From positions 1-49,238 of the forward strand of contig JBKJJJ010000081.1 in NCBI GenBank assembly GCA_046598045.1: a stretch of DNA of 49,238 bases, given 5' to 3'. The stretch is from Candidatus Eiseniibacteriota bacterium. GTDB taxonomy: Bacteria; Eisenbacteria; RBG-16-71-46; DASYSL01. Made by a program: the position numbers and the translations under genes. The notes under the pieces are model-generated. The model saw only the letters and a program-made list of their open reading frames with translations, had not been told where the DNA came from and did no database searches. Shown piece after piece: positions 16,874 to 25,582 of the stretch (position 1 is its first letter; each line of letters starts with the position of its first letter).

Positions 16874-18604
16874 ATGTCCACTCGCGTCCTGTTCCGAAGG
16901 AGCAGCGTGTTGCTCTTGGCGGCCACGCTGTGGCTGGCCGGTGGGGCCCCGGTGCGCGCCGTTGCATCACCGACGGCAAGCGCAGCCCCCGGCGGCACGG
17001 ACGCCCTGCGAAAGCTGGTCCGCTCCGGCCGTCACTCCGATCTTCGCTGGCCCGAGTTCTCCGACGTGCGCGCGGACCTCGATCGGATGTATGCACGCGC
17101 GGGCTGGCAGCCGGTGTGGCTCGAGGCGGGGCGGCCCTCGCGTGCCGCCACCGCGCTCATCGAGCGGCTCGCGGGCGCGGACACCCTCGGCCTCGACCCC
17201 GCGGACTATGACGCCGACTGGCTGGCAGGCGCGGCGAAGGAACTACGGGACGATGCAGGGCCGTTCGGCCTGGCCCGCTTCGACCTTGCGCTCTCGGTCG
17301 CGGCCGCGCGCTTCGTGGATGCGCTCGAGCACGGACGGGTAAGCCCGGCGGCGGCGGGGGCGCAGTACCCGGCGCCGCGGCGCAGTTGGACCCTGGATGC
17401 GGTCGTCGACTCGCTGCGGGACGCGGGGTCGCAGGACGCGGTGCTCGCGCGCCACCAGCCGGGGCTCGAACATTACCGGTTGCTGAAGAACGCGCTCGCG
17501 AAGTACCGCGGCCTCGTGCGCGACTCGAGTTTCGCGGCCCCGATCAAGTTCCCACCCGACCTGAAGCCGGGCATGACGTTCCGGGCGGCGGCGCGTCTGC
17601 GCCGCCGGCTGCAGGCGCTGGGCGACGTCGGCATGGTCAAGTCCCCGAAGCCGCGCGCCGATACGCTTTTCTCGCCGGAGATCGTGCTCGGCATCAAGCG
17701 CTTCCAGCGCCGGCACGGGCTCGAGCCCGACGGCGTGATCTGGCCGAACACCGCCGAGGAGTTGAACCGGCCGTTCAAGGACAACGTGCGGCAGATCACG
17801 CTCGCGCTCGAACGCTGGCGGTGGCTCCCGTTGCCGTTCACGGCGCCGCCGATCGTGGTCAACATCCCGGCCTACCGCCTCGAGGCCTACCGCGCGTTGC
17901 CCGACCGCGAGGCCAACACGCTCGCGATGGACGTCCTCGTCGGGTCGGCCGACCGCAATGCCACGCCGCTGTTCACCGCGGACATGAGCTACCTCGTGTT
18001 CCGGCCTTACTGGGAAGTGCCCCTGGAACTGATGATGGACGAACTCGGCCCCCGTGCGGCGTGGGACTCCGAACGCCTCCAAGGGCAGGGGATCGTGCTG
18101 GTCAAGCGCAACTCCGACGGCTCGAAGAGCCTGCCGCTCACGCCCGCGAACCTCCAGCGCATCGGCAAAGACCTGCGCATGCGCCAACTGCCGGGTCCGA
18201 ACAACGTGCTCGGGACGGTGAAGTTCATGTTCCCGAACATGCACGACGTCTACCTGCACGATACGCAGACCGGCGGCCTGTTCGGGTTCGCGCGCCGCGA
18301 CTTCAGCCACGGCTGCATCCGCGTGAGCGATCCGGTGGCGCTCGCGGTGCACGTGCTGCGCAATCAGCCCGGCTGGGGCCCGGAGCAGGTAAAGGAGGCG
18401 ATGCAGGGCGCTGACAACCACCGCGTCGAGGTGGTCACTCCGGTGCCGGTGTTCGTCACCTACGCGACCGCCTCCGCGTTCGAGAACGGGGAAGTGTATT
18501 TCTACGGGGACATCTACGGACTGGATCACGGATTGGAAGAGCTGCTGAAGAAGGGCTACCCGTATTCGAAGAAGCCGCCGCCCCCGGTGAAGAGCGGCCT
18601 TTAG
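16874..18604 (+). CDS. Murein L,D-transpeptidase, YcbB/LdtD-like (scaffold + PG-binding + YkuD domain)
   Basis: Signal peptide; 'IKRFQRRHGLEPDG', 'LERWRW', 'VNIPAY', 'RQLPGPNNVLG.VKFMFPN...VYLHDT...SHGCIRV'. Confidence 0.92.
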   Translation: MSTRVLFRRSSVLLLAATLWLAGGAPVRAVASPTASAAPGGTDALRKLVRSGRHSDLRWPEFSDVRADLDRMYARAGWQPVWLEAGRPSRAATALIERLAGADTLGLDPADYDADWLAGAAKELRDDAGPFGLARFDLALSVAAARFVDALEHGRVSPAAAGAQYPAPRRSWTLDAVVDSLRDAGSQDAVLARHQPGLEHYRLLKNALAKYRGLVRDSSFAAPIKFPPDLKPGMTFRAAARLRRRLQALGDVGMVKSPKPRADTLFSPEIVLGIKRFQRRHGLEPDGVIWPNTAEELNRPFKDNVRQITLALERWRWLPLPFTAPPIVVNIPAYRLEAYRALPDREANTLAMDVLVGSADRNATPLFTADMSYLVFRPYWEVPLELMMDELGPRAAWDSERLQGQGIVLVKRNSDGSKSLPLTPANLQRIGKDLRMRQLPGPNNVLGTVKFMFPNMHDVYLHDTQTGGLFGFARRDFSHGCIRVSDPVALAVHVLRNQPGWGPEQVKEAMQGADNHRVEVVTPVPVFVTYATASAFENGEVYFYGDIYGLDHGLEELLKKGYPYSKKPPPPVKSGL

Positions 18605-19134
18605 GGCAGGATCTCGACCGGCGTGCCGATCGGGATGGTGCGGAACAGAGCCTCGATGTCCTGGTGATTGAGCGCGATGCAGCCCTCGGTCCAGTCCCAG
18701 CTCGAACCCTTGCCGTGGATCATGATCTGGCCGCCGAGCGGCGTGTTCGCCGGCGGGGCCGCACGCTTGACGAACGCGCCGATGATGCGGCCATGCTCCT
18801 CGGGCGTGATCAGGCCCGCCTCGAGTCCGCGCTCTGCGTCGTTCGGACTCGGATAACTGATGCCGAGCGCGAACTCGTAGCGGCTGTTCGGATTCTTCGA
18901 GCACACGTAGTAGTTGCCCTCCGGCGTCGCGAAATCCCCCTGGCGAACCTTCGGCAATCTGGGCTCGAGGCCGAGCGCGATCCGGTAGGTGCGGACGACG
19001 GTGCCGCCCGAGACCAGCTGGAGTTCGTGCTTCGACTTGAGGACCACGATGCGCGCCGCCGCGAGCTCGCGCGCGTCGACCGTCGACGAGTCGGGCTGGA
19101 TCACTGCGAGGGCGAAGAGCAGCGGCAGCAGCAT
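18601..19134 (-). CDS. L,D-transpeptidase (YkuD) family protein, YafK/DpaA-like
   Basis: 'K.RQGD..TPEG.Y...KNPNS.Y...LGISYP...D', 'GGQIMIHG...WTEGCIAL'. Start is 19134 (signal-like MLLPLLF) or 19173. Confidence 0.85.
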   Translation of the reverse strand: MLLPLLFALAVIQPDSSTVDARELAAARIVVLKSKHELQLVSGGTVVRTYRIALGLEPRLPKVRQGDFATPEGNYYVCSKNPNSRYEFALGISYPSPNDAERGLEAGLITPEEHGRIIGAFVKRAAPPANTPLGGQIMIHGKGSSWDWTEGCIALNHQDIEALFRTIPIGTPVEILP

Positions 19135-19186
19135 CGGGCGGACCCTTTGGAGGGCGGAGTGTTCAGTGTGCATGCCCCCGGATCAG

Positions 19187-19203
19187 AGCAAGATCCGATC
19201 CGG
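19187..19203 (-). promoter_or_regulatory. Possible sigma54 (-24/-12) promoter of the YafK-like gene
   Basis: Minus strand ccGGatcggatcTTGCt (GG-N10-GC); perfect 12-bp palindrome GCAATGCATTGC upstream at 19259-19270. Confidence 0.4.
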
Positions 19204-19340
19204 CGGAACATTGCCGATAAGCCTAACGAATCCGATGGTCCGAGGCGAGCCCGAAGGCGCAATGCATTGCCCTGCCGTGCAATAAGCGGGGCCCTTCGTC
19301 CCTTGCCGGAGGCCCGGAGGCGGCCCAACGGCTGCCCCCG

Positions 19341-20384
19341 TCAGCCGTTGCCGAGGGCCCCGGCGAGCAACTCGTGGAAGCGGTGGACCCCGAGTTCGCG
19401 GGTGGGGGAGTAGCGGCCCCTTCGGTAGAGCCTCGACCGGGTGCCCTGCATGACGCTCTGGACGACCGCCTCGTCCTCGAGTTCGACGCCGTGGAGTCCC
19501 GCGCCGGCTCCGCGATCGAGCCGCGCGGGGTCGACCACCCAGGTCAGGAACGAGACCCGCGTCCGGTCCACCGCCAGCGGCTTGACCACGTTCACCGAGA
19601 AGCCCCACGGATAGACGTTGAACATCGTGTTCGGCCACAGCCAGAGGTAGTAAGCCGCGACCGCGCCCTCGGCATGCCCGACCTGCAGCACTCCGTGCTC
19701 GAGGGCTTCGGTGGTATAGCTTCCGTAGTCGATCGCCTCGTTGAGCCCGGCATGCACGTACGGAATGTGGAACCCCTCGAGATAGTTGTCGACGTAGAGC
19801 GCCCAGTTGGCGGCGATCTCGTAGTCCCGCGATCGCCCCGGATCGAACTTCGCCTGGTCGATGGTCATGCCGCCGACCCGCGTCGCCAGCGGCGCCACCC
19901 AGTCGGCAAACGGCACCGCCGGCGCGAGCGCGGTGAACAGGAAGCGGGACCAGCGGCCAAGCTCCATGCGCGGCAGGTCATCGGCCGGCGTGGGAAAGTT
20001 CTCCGCGTCCTCGAACTCGGGCATCGACTTGAACCGCCCGTCGAGCCCGAAGCGCCGACCGTGGTACCGGCAGCGGAGCACGGGCGTCGCCGCGTCCGCC
20101 TCGGCCACCAGGTTCGCGCGATGCGTGCACACGTTCGACAGCGCGTGCCAGCAATCCGCCTCGTCGCGCGTGAGCACGATCGGCTCGGGCAGCATCCCCT
20201 CGAGGAAGATGCACGGCGCGACCGTGCCCGCGGCCGGCAGGCGATGCGCGTCGAGCGCGAACTGCCAGCTCGGGGCAAACACCGTCTCGCGCGCCCGCTC
20301 GAACACGCCGGGATCGGAGTAGACCCAACCCGGGAGCGTCTCGGCGCGGCGAATGTCGGGATCGATCGTGAACGTGCGCGACAT
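19341..20384 (-). CDS. Rieske non-heme iron oxygenase alpha subunit, choline-monooxygenase-like
   Basis: Rieske motifs CTH...CRYH; mononuclear iron site 'NW...DNYLEGFHIPYVH' and 'ED..V'. Confidence 0.9.
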   Translation of the reverse strand: MSRTFTIDPDIRRAETLPGWVYSDPGVFERARETVFAPSWQFALDAHRLPAAGTVAPCIFLEGMLPEPIVLTRDEADCWHALSNVCTHRANLVAEADAATPVLRCRYHGRRFGLDGRFKSMPEFEDAENFPTPADDLPRMELGRWSRFLFTALAPAVPFADWVAPLATRVGGMTIDQAKFDPGRSRDYEIAANWALYVDNYLEGFHIPYVHAGLNEAIDYGSYTTEALEHGVLQVGHAEGAVAAYYLWLWPNTMFNVYPWGFSVNVVKPLAVDRTRVSFLTWVVDPARLDRGAGAGLHGVELEDEAVVQSVMQGTRSRLYRRGRYSPTRELGVHRFHELLAGALGNG

Positions 20385-20488
20385 GCGTGGCCTCGTCGTG
20401 GGAGAGCGGGATGCGCGATCCTAGCATGCGGACCACGTGTCCGGAATCGAGGCTTGCGCGGGCGCAGCGCGTTCCCTAGCGTGGGCCC

Positions 20489-20869
20489 ATGATCTGGACC
20501 ACCGTGGGAGCATGCTCCGCCCTGATCGCCGTGGCGCTGGGCGCCTTTGGCGCGCACGGACTGCGCGGCGTGTTCGCGCCCGATCGCATGACCGTGTTCG
20601 AGACGGCCGCGCGCTACCAGCTCGTGCACGCGATCGCACTCGTCGCGCTCGGTCTCGGCGCGCAGCGACTCTCCCCTGGCGCGGTGCGCGGAGTCGGCAC
20701 GCTCCTCTTGCTGGGGACCATCCTGTTCTCGGGCAGCCTCTATGCGTTCACCCTCACCGGCGTCCCCGCGTGGGGCGCGGTGACGCCGTTCGGGGGGCTG
20801 GCCTTCCTCGCCGGCTGGGCGTGGCTCGCGTGGGCGGCGTGGCGCGCCGCTTCGCGCGAACGCGCTTGA
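20489..20869 (+). CDS. DUF423 (YgdD/TMEM256) membrane protein
   Basis: 'VALGAFGAHGL...FETAARYQLVH...GTILFSGSLY...GAVTPFGG..FLAGW'. Confidence 0.93.
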   Translation: MIWTTVGACSALIAVALGAFGAHGLRGVFAPDRMTVFETAARYQLVHAIALVALGLGAQRLSPGAVRGVGTLLLLGTILFSGSLYAFTLTGVPAWGAVTPFGGLAFLAGWAWLAWAAWRAASRERA

Positions 20870-22098
20870 TGCGCGCGCTGCTCCGTGCGCTCGGCGGGGG
20901 CGTGCTGGCCGCGAGCCTCGCCGTGCTCGCCTCCGCGCCCGGTTGCGCGGGCGGCTCCGGCGCGCCGGCGGCGGCGGACACGGCGGACACGTTCGTTGCC
21001 ACGCACGGCCTGCGCCTGGTCGAGGTGGCGCATGGGCTCGATCACCCGCTCTACGTGACCGCGCCGCCGGGCGACCCGCGGCTGTTCGTGGTCGAGCAGA
21101 CCGGCCGCGTGCGCCTGCTGAAGGGCGGCCGCCTGCGGGAGGAGCCGTTCCTCGACCTCACCGACCGCGTGCGCAGCGGCGGCGAGCGCGGGCTCTTGTC
21201 GATCGCGTTCCACCCCGCGTACAGGACGAACGGCTTCGTGTTCGTCGACTACACCGACCGCAACGGGGATACGCGGATCGAGCGCTACCACGTGAGCGCG
21301 AATTCCGAAGTCGCGGATCCCGCAAGTGCGCGCCTCGTGCTCGCGGTCAAGCAGCCCTATGCGAATCACAATGGCGGGCACATCCTGTTCGGGCCCGACG
21401 GCATGCTCTACGTCGGCATGGGCGATGGCGGCGCGGGCGGGGACCCGCACGGCAACGGGCAGAATCCCGCGGCGCTGCTCGGCAAGCTGCTGCGGCTCGA
21501 CGTCGACGTGTCGAACTCCGCAGCCGCGGCGCCGTATCGCATTCCCGCGGACAACCCATTCGCCGACCGCGCGCACGCGCCCGCGGGCGCCCGGCCGGAG
21601 ATCTGGGCGCTCGGCCTGCGCAATCCCTGGCGCTTCTGTTTCGACGCGACTGCCGGGCTCCTCTATATCGCCGACGTCGGGCAGGACCGCTGGGAGGAGG
21701 TCGACGTCGCGCCGCTGCACTCCGCGGGCCTGAACTACGGGTGGAACCGGACCGAGGGGAAGCACGACTACAAGACGGGGGGCCGCCGCGAGCGCGGGCT
21801 GGTCGCGCCGCTGGTGGAGTACGGGCATGGCGAGGGCTGCTCGATCACCGGAGGCTTCGTGTACCGCGGCCGGGCGATGCCCGAGCTCGCCGGAACCTAC
21901 TTCTTCGCCGATTATTGCTCGGGCTGGATCCGGAGCTTCCGGGTCGTGGGTGGGCGCGCGACGGCCGGCCGCACGTGGCTGGACCTCAAGCCGGGCAGCG
22001 TGACCTCGTTCGGGCTCGACGCCCAGGGCGAGCTCTATCTCACGAACGCGGACGGGACGGTCTACCGCCTCGCCCGGGCCGCGCCCGCGAGGGGTTGA
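20869..22098 (+). CDS. PQQ-dependent sugar (glucose/sorbosone) dehydrogenase family, probable lipoprotein
   Basis: ATG overlaps the DUF423 TGA; 'GERGLLSIAFHP', 'NHNGG..FGPDGMLYVGMGDGG', 'GLRNPWR', 'DVGQD.WEE'. Confidence 0.9.
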   Translation: MRALLRALGGGVLAASLAVLASAPGCAGGSGAPAAADTADTFVATHGLRLVEVAHGLDHPLYVTAPPGDPRLFVVEQTGRVRLLKGGRLREEPFLDLTDRVRSGGERGLLSIAFHPAYRTNGFVFVDYTDRNGDTRIERYHVSANSEVADPASARLVLAVKQPYANHNGGHILFGPDGMLYVGMGDGGAGGDPHGNGQNPAALLGKLLRLDVDVSNSAAAAPYRIPADNPFADRAHAPAGARPEIWALGLRNPWRFCFDATAGLLYIADVGQDRWEEVDVAPLHSAGLNYGWNRTEGKHDYKTGGRRERGLVAPLVEYGHGEGCSITGGFVYRGRAMPELAGTYFFADYCSGWIRSFRVVGGRATAGRTWLDLKPGSVTSFGLDAQGELYLTNADGTVYRLARAAPARG

Positions 22099-22122
22099 CG
22101 CGGGGCGCGGTATCCGTATAAT
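22095..22122 (+). promoter_or_regulatory. sigma70 promoter of tRNA-Glu
   Basis: TTGACG(22095-100)-N16-TATAAT(22117-22). Confidence 0.75.
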
Positions 22123-22146
22123 GCGGCACGAGTTGACCCCTTTCGT

Positions 22147-22221
22147 GGCGGTATCGTCTAGGGGTTAGGACGGATGGTTCTCAGCCATCAAACCGGGGTT
22201 CGATTCCCCGTACCGCTACCA
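22147..22221 (+). tRNA. tRNA-Glu (anticodon CTC)
   Basis: Acceptor GGCGGTA/TACCGCT, anticodon arm GATGG-TTCTCAG-CCATC, T loop GTTCGATTC, encoded CCA. Confidence 0.97.
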
Positions 22222-22232
22222 TTGCTTCCCGA

Positions 22233-22269
22233 GGCCGCCGGGGGATTCCTCCGGCGGTCGTTGGGTGTT
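22233..22269 (+). terminator. Hairpin or putative terminator after tRNA-Glu
   Basis: ggccgccggggg-att-cctccggcggtc stem with only a weak U tract (gttgggtgtt). Confidence 0.45.
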
Positions 22270-22434
22270 CAGCTCCCGCGACCGCGGGCACGCCGATAGC
22301 TCCTGCCGATCGCTCCTTGACTGGGGAGGAGCGAGTCCCTAGCCTTGTTGCGCTGGCACCTCCTCAGGAATTCCCCCCGTGCCGCCAGCTTCGTTCTCAT
22401 GGACTCACTCAGGCGATCCTGGATCGAGGCTCCG

Positions 22435-24936
22435 ATGGTAGGGGAAACCTTCGGCCGTTTTCGCATCCTTTCCCTGCTTGGCCAGGGGGGGATGGGCACG
22501 GTCTGGCGCGCCGAAGACCAACTGCTCGGCCGCATCGTCGCGCTCAAGTTGCTGCCGGATACGCTTGCCCAATCCGGCGGCGCGCGCCGCCGCTTCCTGC
22601 AGGAAGCGCGCGCGACCTCGCGGCTCTCCCACCCCGGAATCGCGACTCTCTACGACGCTGGCGACCAGGACGGGCGCCTCTGGCTCGCTGTCATGTTGGT
22701 CGAGGGCGAGACTCTCGCGAGCCGCATTCGCGAGCGCCCCGTGGCGGGAACCCAGGCCATCCGGATTGCCGCCGAGATCGCCGATGCGCTCGAGCACGCG
22801 CACGCACGCGGCATCGTGCATCGCGACGTCACGCCGAAGAACATCATGCTCGATCGCGACGAGCGTGCGATCCTGATCGACTTCGGCGTCGCCCGCCACC
22901 TCGAAACGACCGGCGCGACCTCTTCGAACACGATTGTCGGGACCATCCTCTACCTCGCGCCCGAGGTGCTGAAGGGCGGCACCGCCGACGCGCGCAGCGA
23001 CCTCTACGGGCTCGGAGCCGTTCTCTATGAGACGCTGACGGGCCGGCCGCCGTTCGAGGGCGCGCGCCCGGAAGCCTTGATCCACGCCATCGTGCACGCC
23101 CGGCCCGAGCGGCCAAGCCACCACTGTGTGGCCATGGATCCGCGCCTCGAACAGCTCGTGCTTCGTCTGCTCGCGAAGGAGCCGGGCGATCGGCCCGCCA
23201 GCGCTGCGCATCTCGCGGCGGAACTGCGCGCGCTGCTCGAGTCCGCTCCCGCGGACGAGGCGGTCACGGCGACGGGGCGAACCGAGCGCAAGCCCCGCAT
23301 CGCGCCGGCTCGAAGGCTCCAGCCGGCGCGGCGCGTCGCAATCGCTATCCTGCCGTTCCAGTCGCTCGGGGAAGCGGGCGCCGACTCGAGTGCGTTCGCC
23401 TCGGGCCTGGCGGAATCCCTGCGCTCCGCGCTCGCTCGCGCCCCGGAGTTGCGCGTGCTCTCGAGCCTGACTCCCGCGCGAAACGGCGTCGAGGCGGAGG
23501 CCATCGAAGAGGCGCGCGCGCTGGGAGCGCACATGGCGATCAGCGGGAGCGTCCAGCGCATGGGTGATCGCCTGCGCGTGTCCTTCTCCGTGCTGGACCT
23601 CAAGCATCGCGAGCAGAAGGGGGGAGAACGGGTCGACGGCACGATCGCGGACCCATTCGCCCTCGAGGACGACCTGTTGGGTGCGGTCACCCGCGCCCTC
23701 GAGATCGGCTCGGGCACCCACGTACGCGGCGGGAGCCGGCTGAGCGCGCCGGTCGCACACGAGATGTACTTGCGCGCGCTCGGGCACATGCAACGAACCG
23801 ACAACGAGGCCTCAGTCGACGGCGCCATCGGCCTGCTCGAGCAGGTTGTCCAGAGCGAGGGCGGCACGGCGGTGGTGCAGGCGACCTTGGGCCGGGCCTA
23901 CCTGCGCAAGTCGGAGCTCTCGCTTGATCCGCAATGGCACCAGCGCGCGGAGCAGGCCTGCCGGCGGGCGCTCGAGCTCGATCCCCATTCTCCGGACGTC
24001 ATGGTCACGCTCGGGCGACTGCAATTGCAGACGGGGCGCCATGCCGAAGCAATCGCGACGCTGCGCTCGGCGCTCGAAGTCCGACGCGAAAACGCGGACG
24101 CCTGGCACGCCCTGTCGCGCGCCTACGAAGGCGCCGGGCAGTTCGAGGAGGCGAAGGAGGCCGCGCGCGAGACGATCCACCTGCGGCCGATTCACTGCCT
24201 GAGCTGGGATCGCCTCGCGCTCCTGTGCTACCGCACGGGCGCGTACGGCGAGGCCGTGGACGGCTGGCGCCGCGCGTCGGAGCTCACGCCGGACAATGCA
24301 CGGGTGCTCGCCGCTCTCGGCGGCGCCCTGATCCGGCTCGAGCGCATCGACGAGGCGCGCGAGGCCTACGGTCGGTCGGTCAGCGTGATGCCGCTCGGCA
24401 TCGCCTACATCGGCCTTGGGGTGGCCGATTTCCTCGCCGGCGACCTGCGCGGCTCGGTCTCCGCGCTCGAGCGCGCCGTTGCCATGACGCCGATGGACCC
24501 ACGCACCTGGGGCAACCTTGCCGACGCGCAGCGCTGGGTGCCCGGGCTCGAGGTCGAGTCCCGGCGGTCGTTCCAGCGTGCGCTCGCGCTCGTGCGCGCG
24601 CAGTTGCGGGTCAACCCGAACGACGCGCGCTTCCTCTCCTACCTCGCGCTGTGGCTGGGCAAGGTCGAGCGCACGCGTGAGGCGCTGGATGCGATCGAAA
24701 AGGCGCGCGCGATCGCGCCGGACGATCTCGACATCCTGTTGCGCGCGGTGAGTGTGCACCACATGGCGGGAGACGCCGAGCGCGCGGCAGATCTGCTCGA
24801 GAGCGCTTTGGCTCGCGGTTGCAGCCTCCTGGAGCTGGAAAAGGATCCGGAGCTTGACGGCCTGCGGCAGATGCCGCGCGTCGCAAGCCTCCTGATCGAG
24901 GAGCGAGCCCGTCGGTGCTCGCGGAAGTCGGCCTGA
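22435..24936 (+). CDS. Hanks-type Ser/Thr protein kinase with TolB-N-like domain and TPR array (cytoplasmic)
   Basis: GQGGMG, VALK, HRDVTPKN, DFG, GT..YLAPE; 'IAILPF...FASGLAE'; many TPRs; no TM segment. ATG 22435 follows GAGG. Confidence 0.93.
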   Translation: MVGETFGRFRILSLLGQGGMGTVWRAEDQLLGRIVALKLLPDTLAQSGGARRRFLQEARATSRLSHPGIATLYDAGDQDGRLWLAVMLVEGETLASRIRERPVAGTQAIRIAAEIADALEHAHARGIVHRDVTPKNIMLDRDERAILIDFGVARHLETTGATSSNTIVGTILYLAPEVLKGGTADARSDLYGLGAVLYETLTGRPPFEGARPEALIHAIVHARPERPSHHCVAMDPRLEQLVLRLLAKEPGDRPASAAHLAAELRALLESAPADEAVTATGRTERKPRIAPARRLQPARRVAIAILPFQSLGEAGADSSAFASGLAESLRSALARAPELRVLSSLTPARNGVEAEAIEEARALGAHMAISGSVQRMGDRLRVSFSVLDLKHREQKGGERVDGTIADPFALEDDLLGAVTRALEIGSGTHVRGGSRLSAPVAHEMYLRALGHMQRTDNEASVDGAIGLLEQVVQSEGGTAVVQATLGRAYLRKSELSLDPQWHQRAEQACRRALELDPHSPDVMVTLGRLQLQTGRHAEAIATLRSALEVRRENADAWHALSRAYEGAGQFEEAKEAARETIHLRPIHCLSWDRLALLCYRTGAYGEAVDGWRRASELTPDNARVLAALGGALIRLERIDEAREAYGRSVSVMPLGIAYIGLGVADFLAGDLRGSVSALERAVAMTPMDPRTWGNLADAQRWVPGLEVESRRSFQRALALVRAQLRVNPNDARFLSYLALWLGKVERTREALDAIEKARAIAPDDLDILLRAVSVHHMAGDAERAADLLESALARGCSLLELEKDPELDGLRQMPRVASLLIEERARRCSRKSA

Positions 24937-24948
24937 AAGGAGATCCCG

Positions 24949-25503
24949 GTGAAGAAGGCGAGCACGAAGAAGGCGAGCACGAAGAAGGCGAGCACGAAGA
25001 AGGCGAGCACGAAGAAGAACTGGATCCCGGTTCACATCCGTGTCCAGAACGGGGCCATCTCGGTCAGTCCCCCGAACGTGCTGATCTATCCTCGCCGGGG
25101 CGATGGAGTCCTCTGGCGTGGTCACGGGGGAAGGGTCAGCATCACCTTCGACAAGCCCGAAGGGTCGCCGTTCGACTCGGACACGTACACGGCGCCCGAC
25201 GAGACCGATTTCCATTCGGGGTCGGCCATCGCCTTTCCCATCCCGAGGCGGCGCTTCCACTATACCGTCACCCTGACCAAGCCGAATGGTCAGGTTCTCA
25301 CGCTCGATCCCGGCGTGGACGTCGACGGCAGCGGGCCTCCGGGCGGAACGAAGTCCTCCAAGAAGAAGACCGCGAAGAAGAAGTCCTCCAAGAAGAAGGT
25401 CGCGAAGAAGAAGTCCTCCAAGAAAAAGGCCGCGAAGAAGAAGTCTGCGAAGAGGGCGCCGCGCAAGGCGAGCCGGCGCCGGCCTGCCGCGAGGCGGAAG
25501 TAG
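24949..25503 (+). CDS. Small beta-rich domain protein flanked by histone-H1-like Lys/Ala/Ser/Thr repeats
   Basis: GTG after AAGGAG, 12 bp downstream of the kinase stop; (KKAST)x4, an approximately 100-aa core ending YTV...LDPGVDV, then a KKSSKKKxA-type repeat tail. Confidence 0.85.
   Translation: MKKASTKKASTKKASTKKASTKKNWIPVHIRVQNGAISVSPPNVLIYPRRGDGVLWRGHGGRVSITFDKPEGSPFDSDTYTAPDETDFHSGSAIAFPIPRRRFHYTVTLTKPNGQVLTLDPGVDVDGSGPPGGTKSSKKKTAKKKSSKKKVAKKKSSKKKAAKKKSAKRAPRKASRRRPAARRK
24952..25017 (+). repeat. Coding tandem repeat, 15-bp unit x4 plus partial (aagaaggcgagcacg = KKAST)
   Basis: Four identical units read directly from the sequence. Confidence 0.95.
25351..25445 (+). repeat. Coding tandem repeat, 30-bp unit x3 plus partial (KSSKKKxAKK)
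   Basis: Near-identical units starting aagtcctccaagaa at 25351, 25381 and 25411; partial unit at 25441. Confidence 0.95.
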
Positions 25504-25582
25504 CGTTCCCGCGATGTCCTGAGCTGCGGTAGGGCGGCCGGCCGGAGGATCGGCGGGCCGCCCGAAATCGGGAGGGAAAGCG

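Noticed and set aside
20437..20868. N-terminal extensions in the ORF track (also for suhB, nudF, pilW, pilV, pilX, DUF885 and both XRE genes)
   Set aside because: They overlap neighbouring genes or regulatory space. Downstream starts with an SD or stop/start overlap fit the family N-termini better.
24952..25445. Short direct repeats as a possible CRISPR array
   Set aside because: The units are contiguous with no spacers, are multiples of 3 and in frame, and no cas genes are present. The PD-(D/E)XK domain near 5100-5830 belongs to a helicase.
24915..25532. Alternative-frame ORF with EEGEH repeats
   Set aside because: It is an out-of-frame reading of the same tandem repeat. The Lys-rich frame has the SD (AAGGAG-GTG) and a protein-like core.
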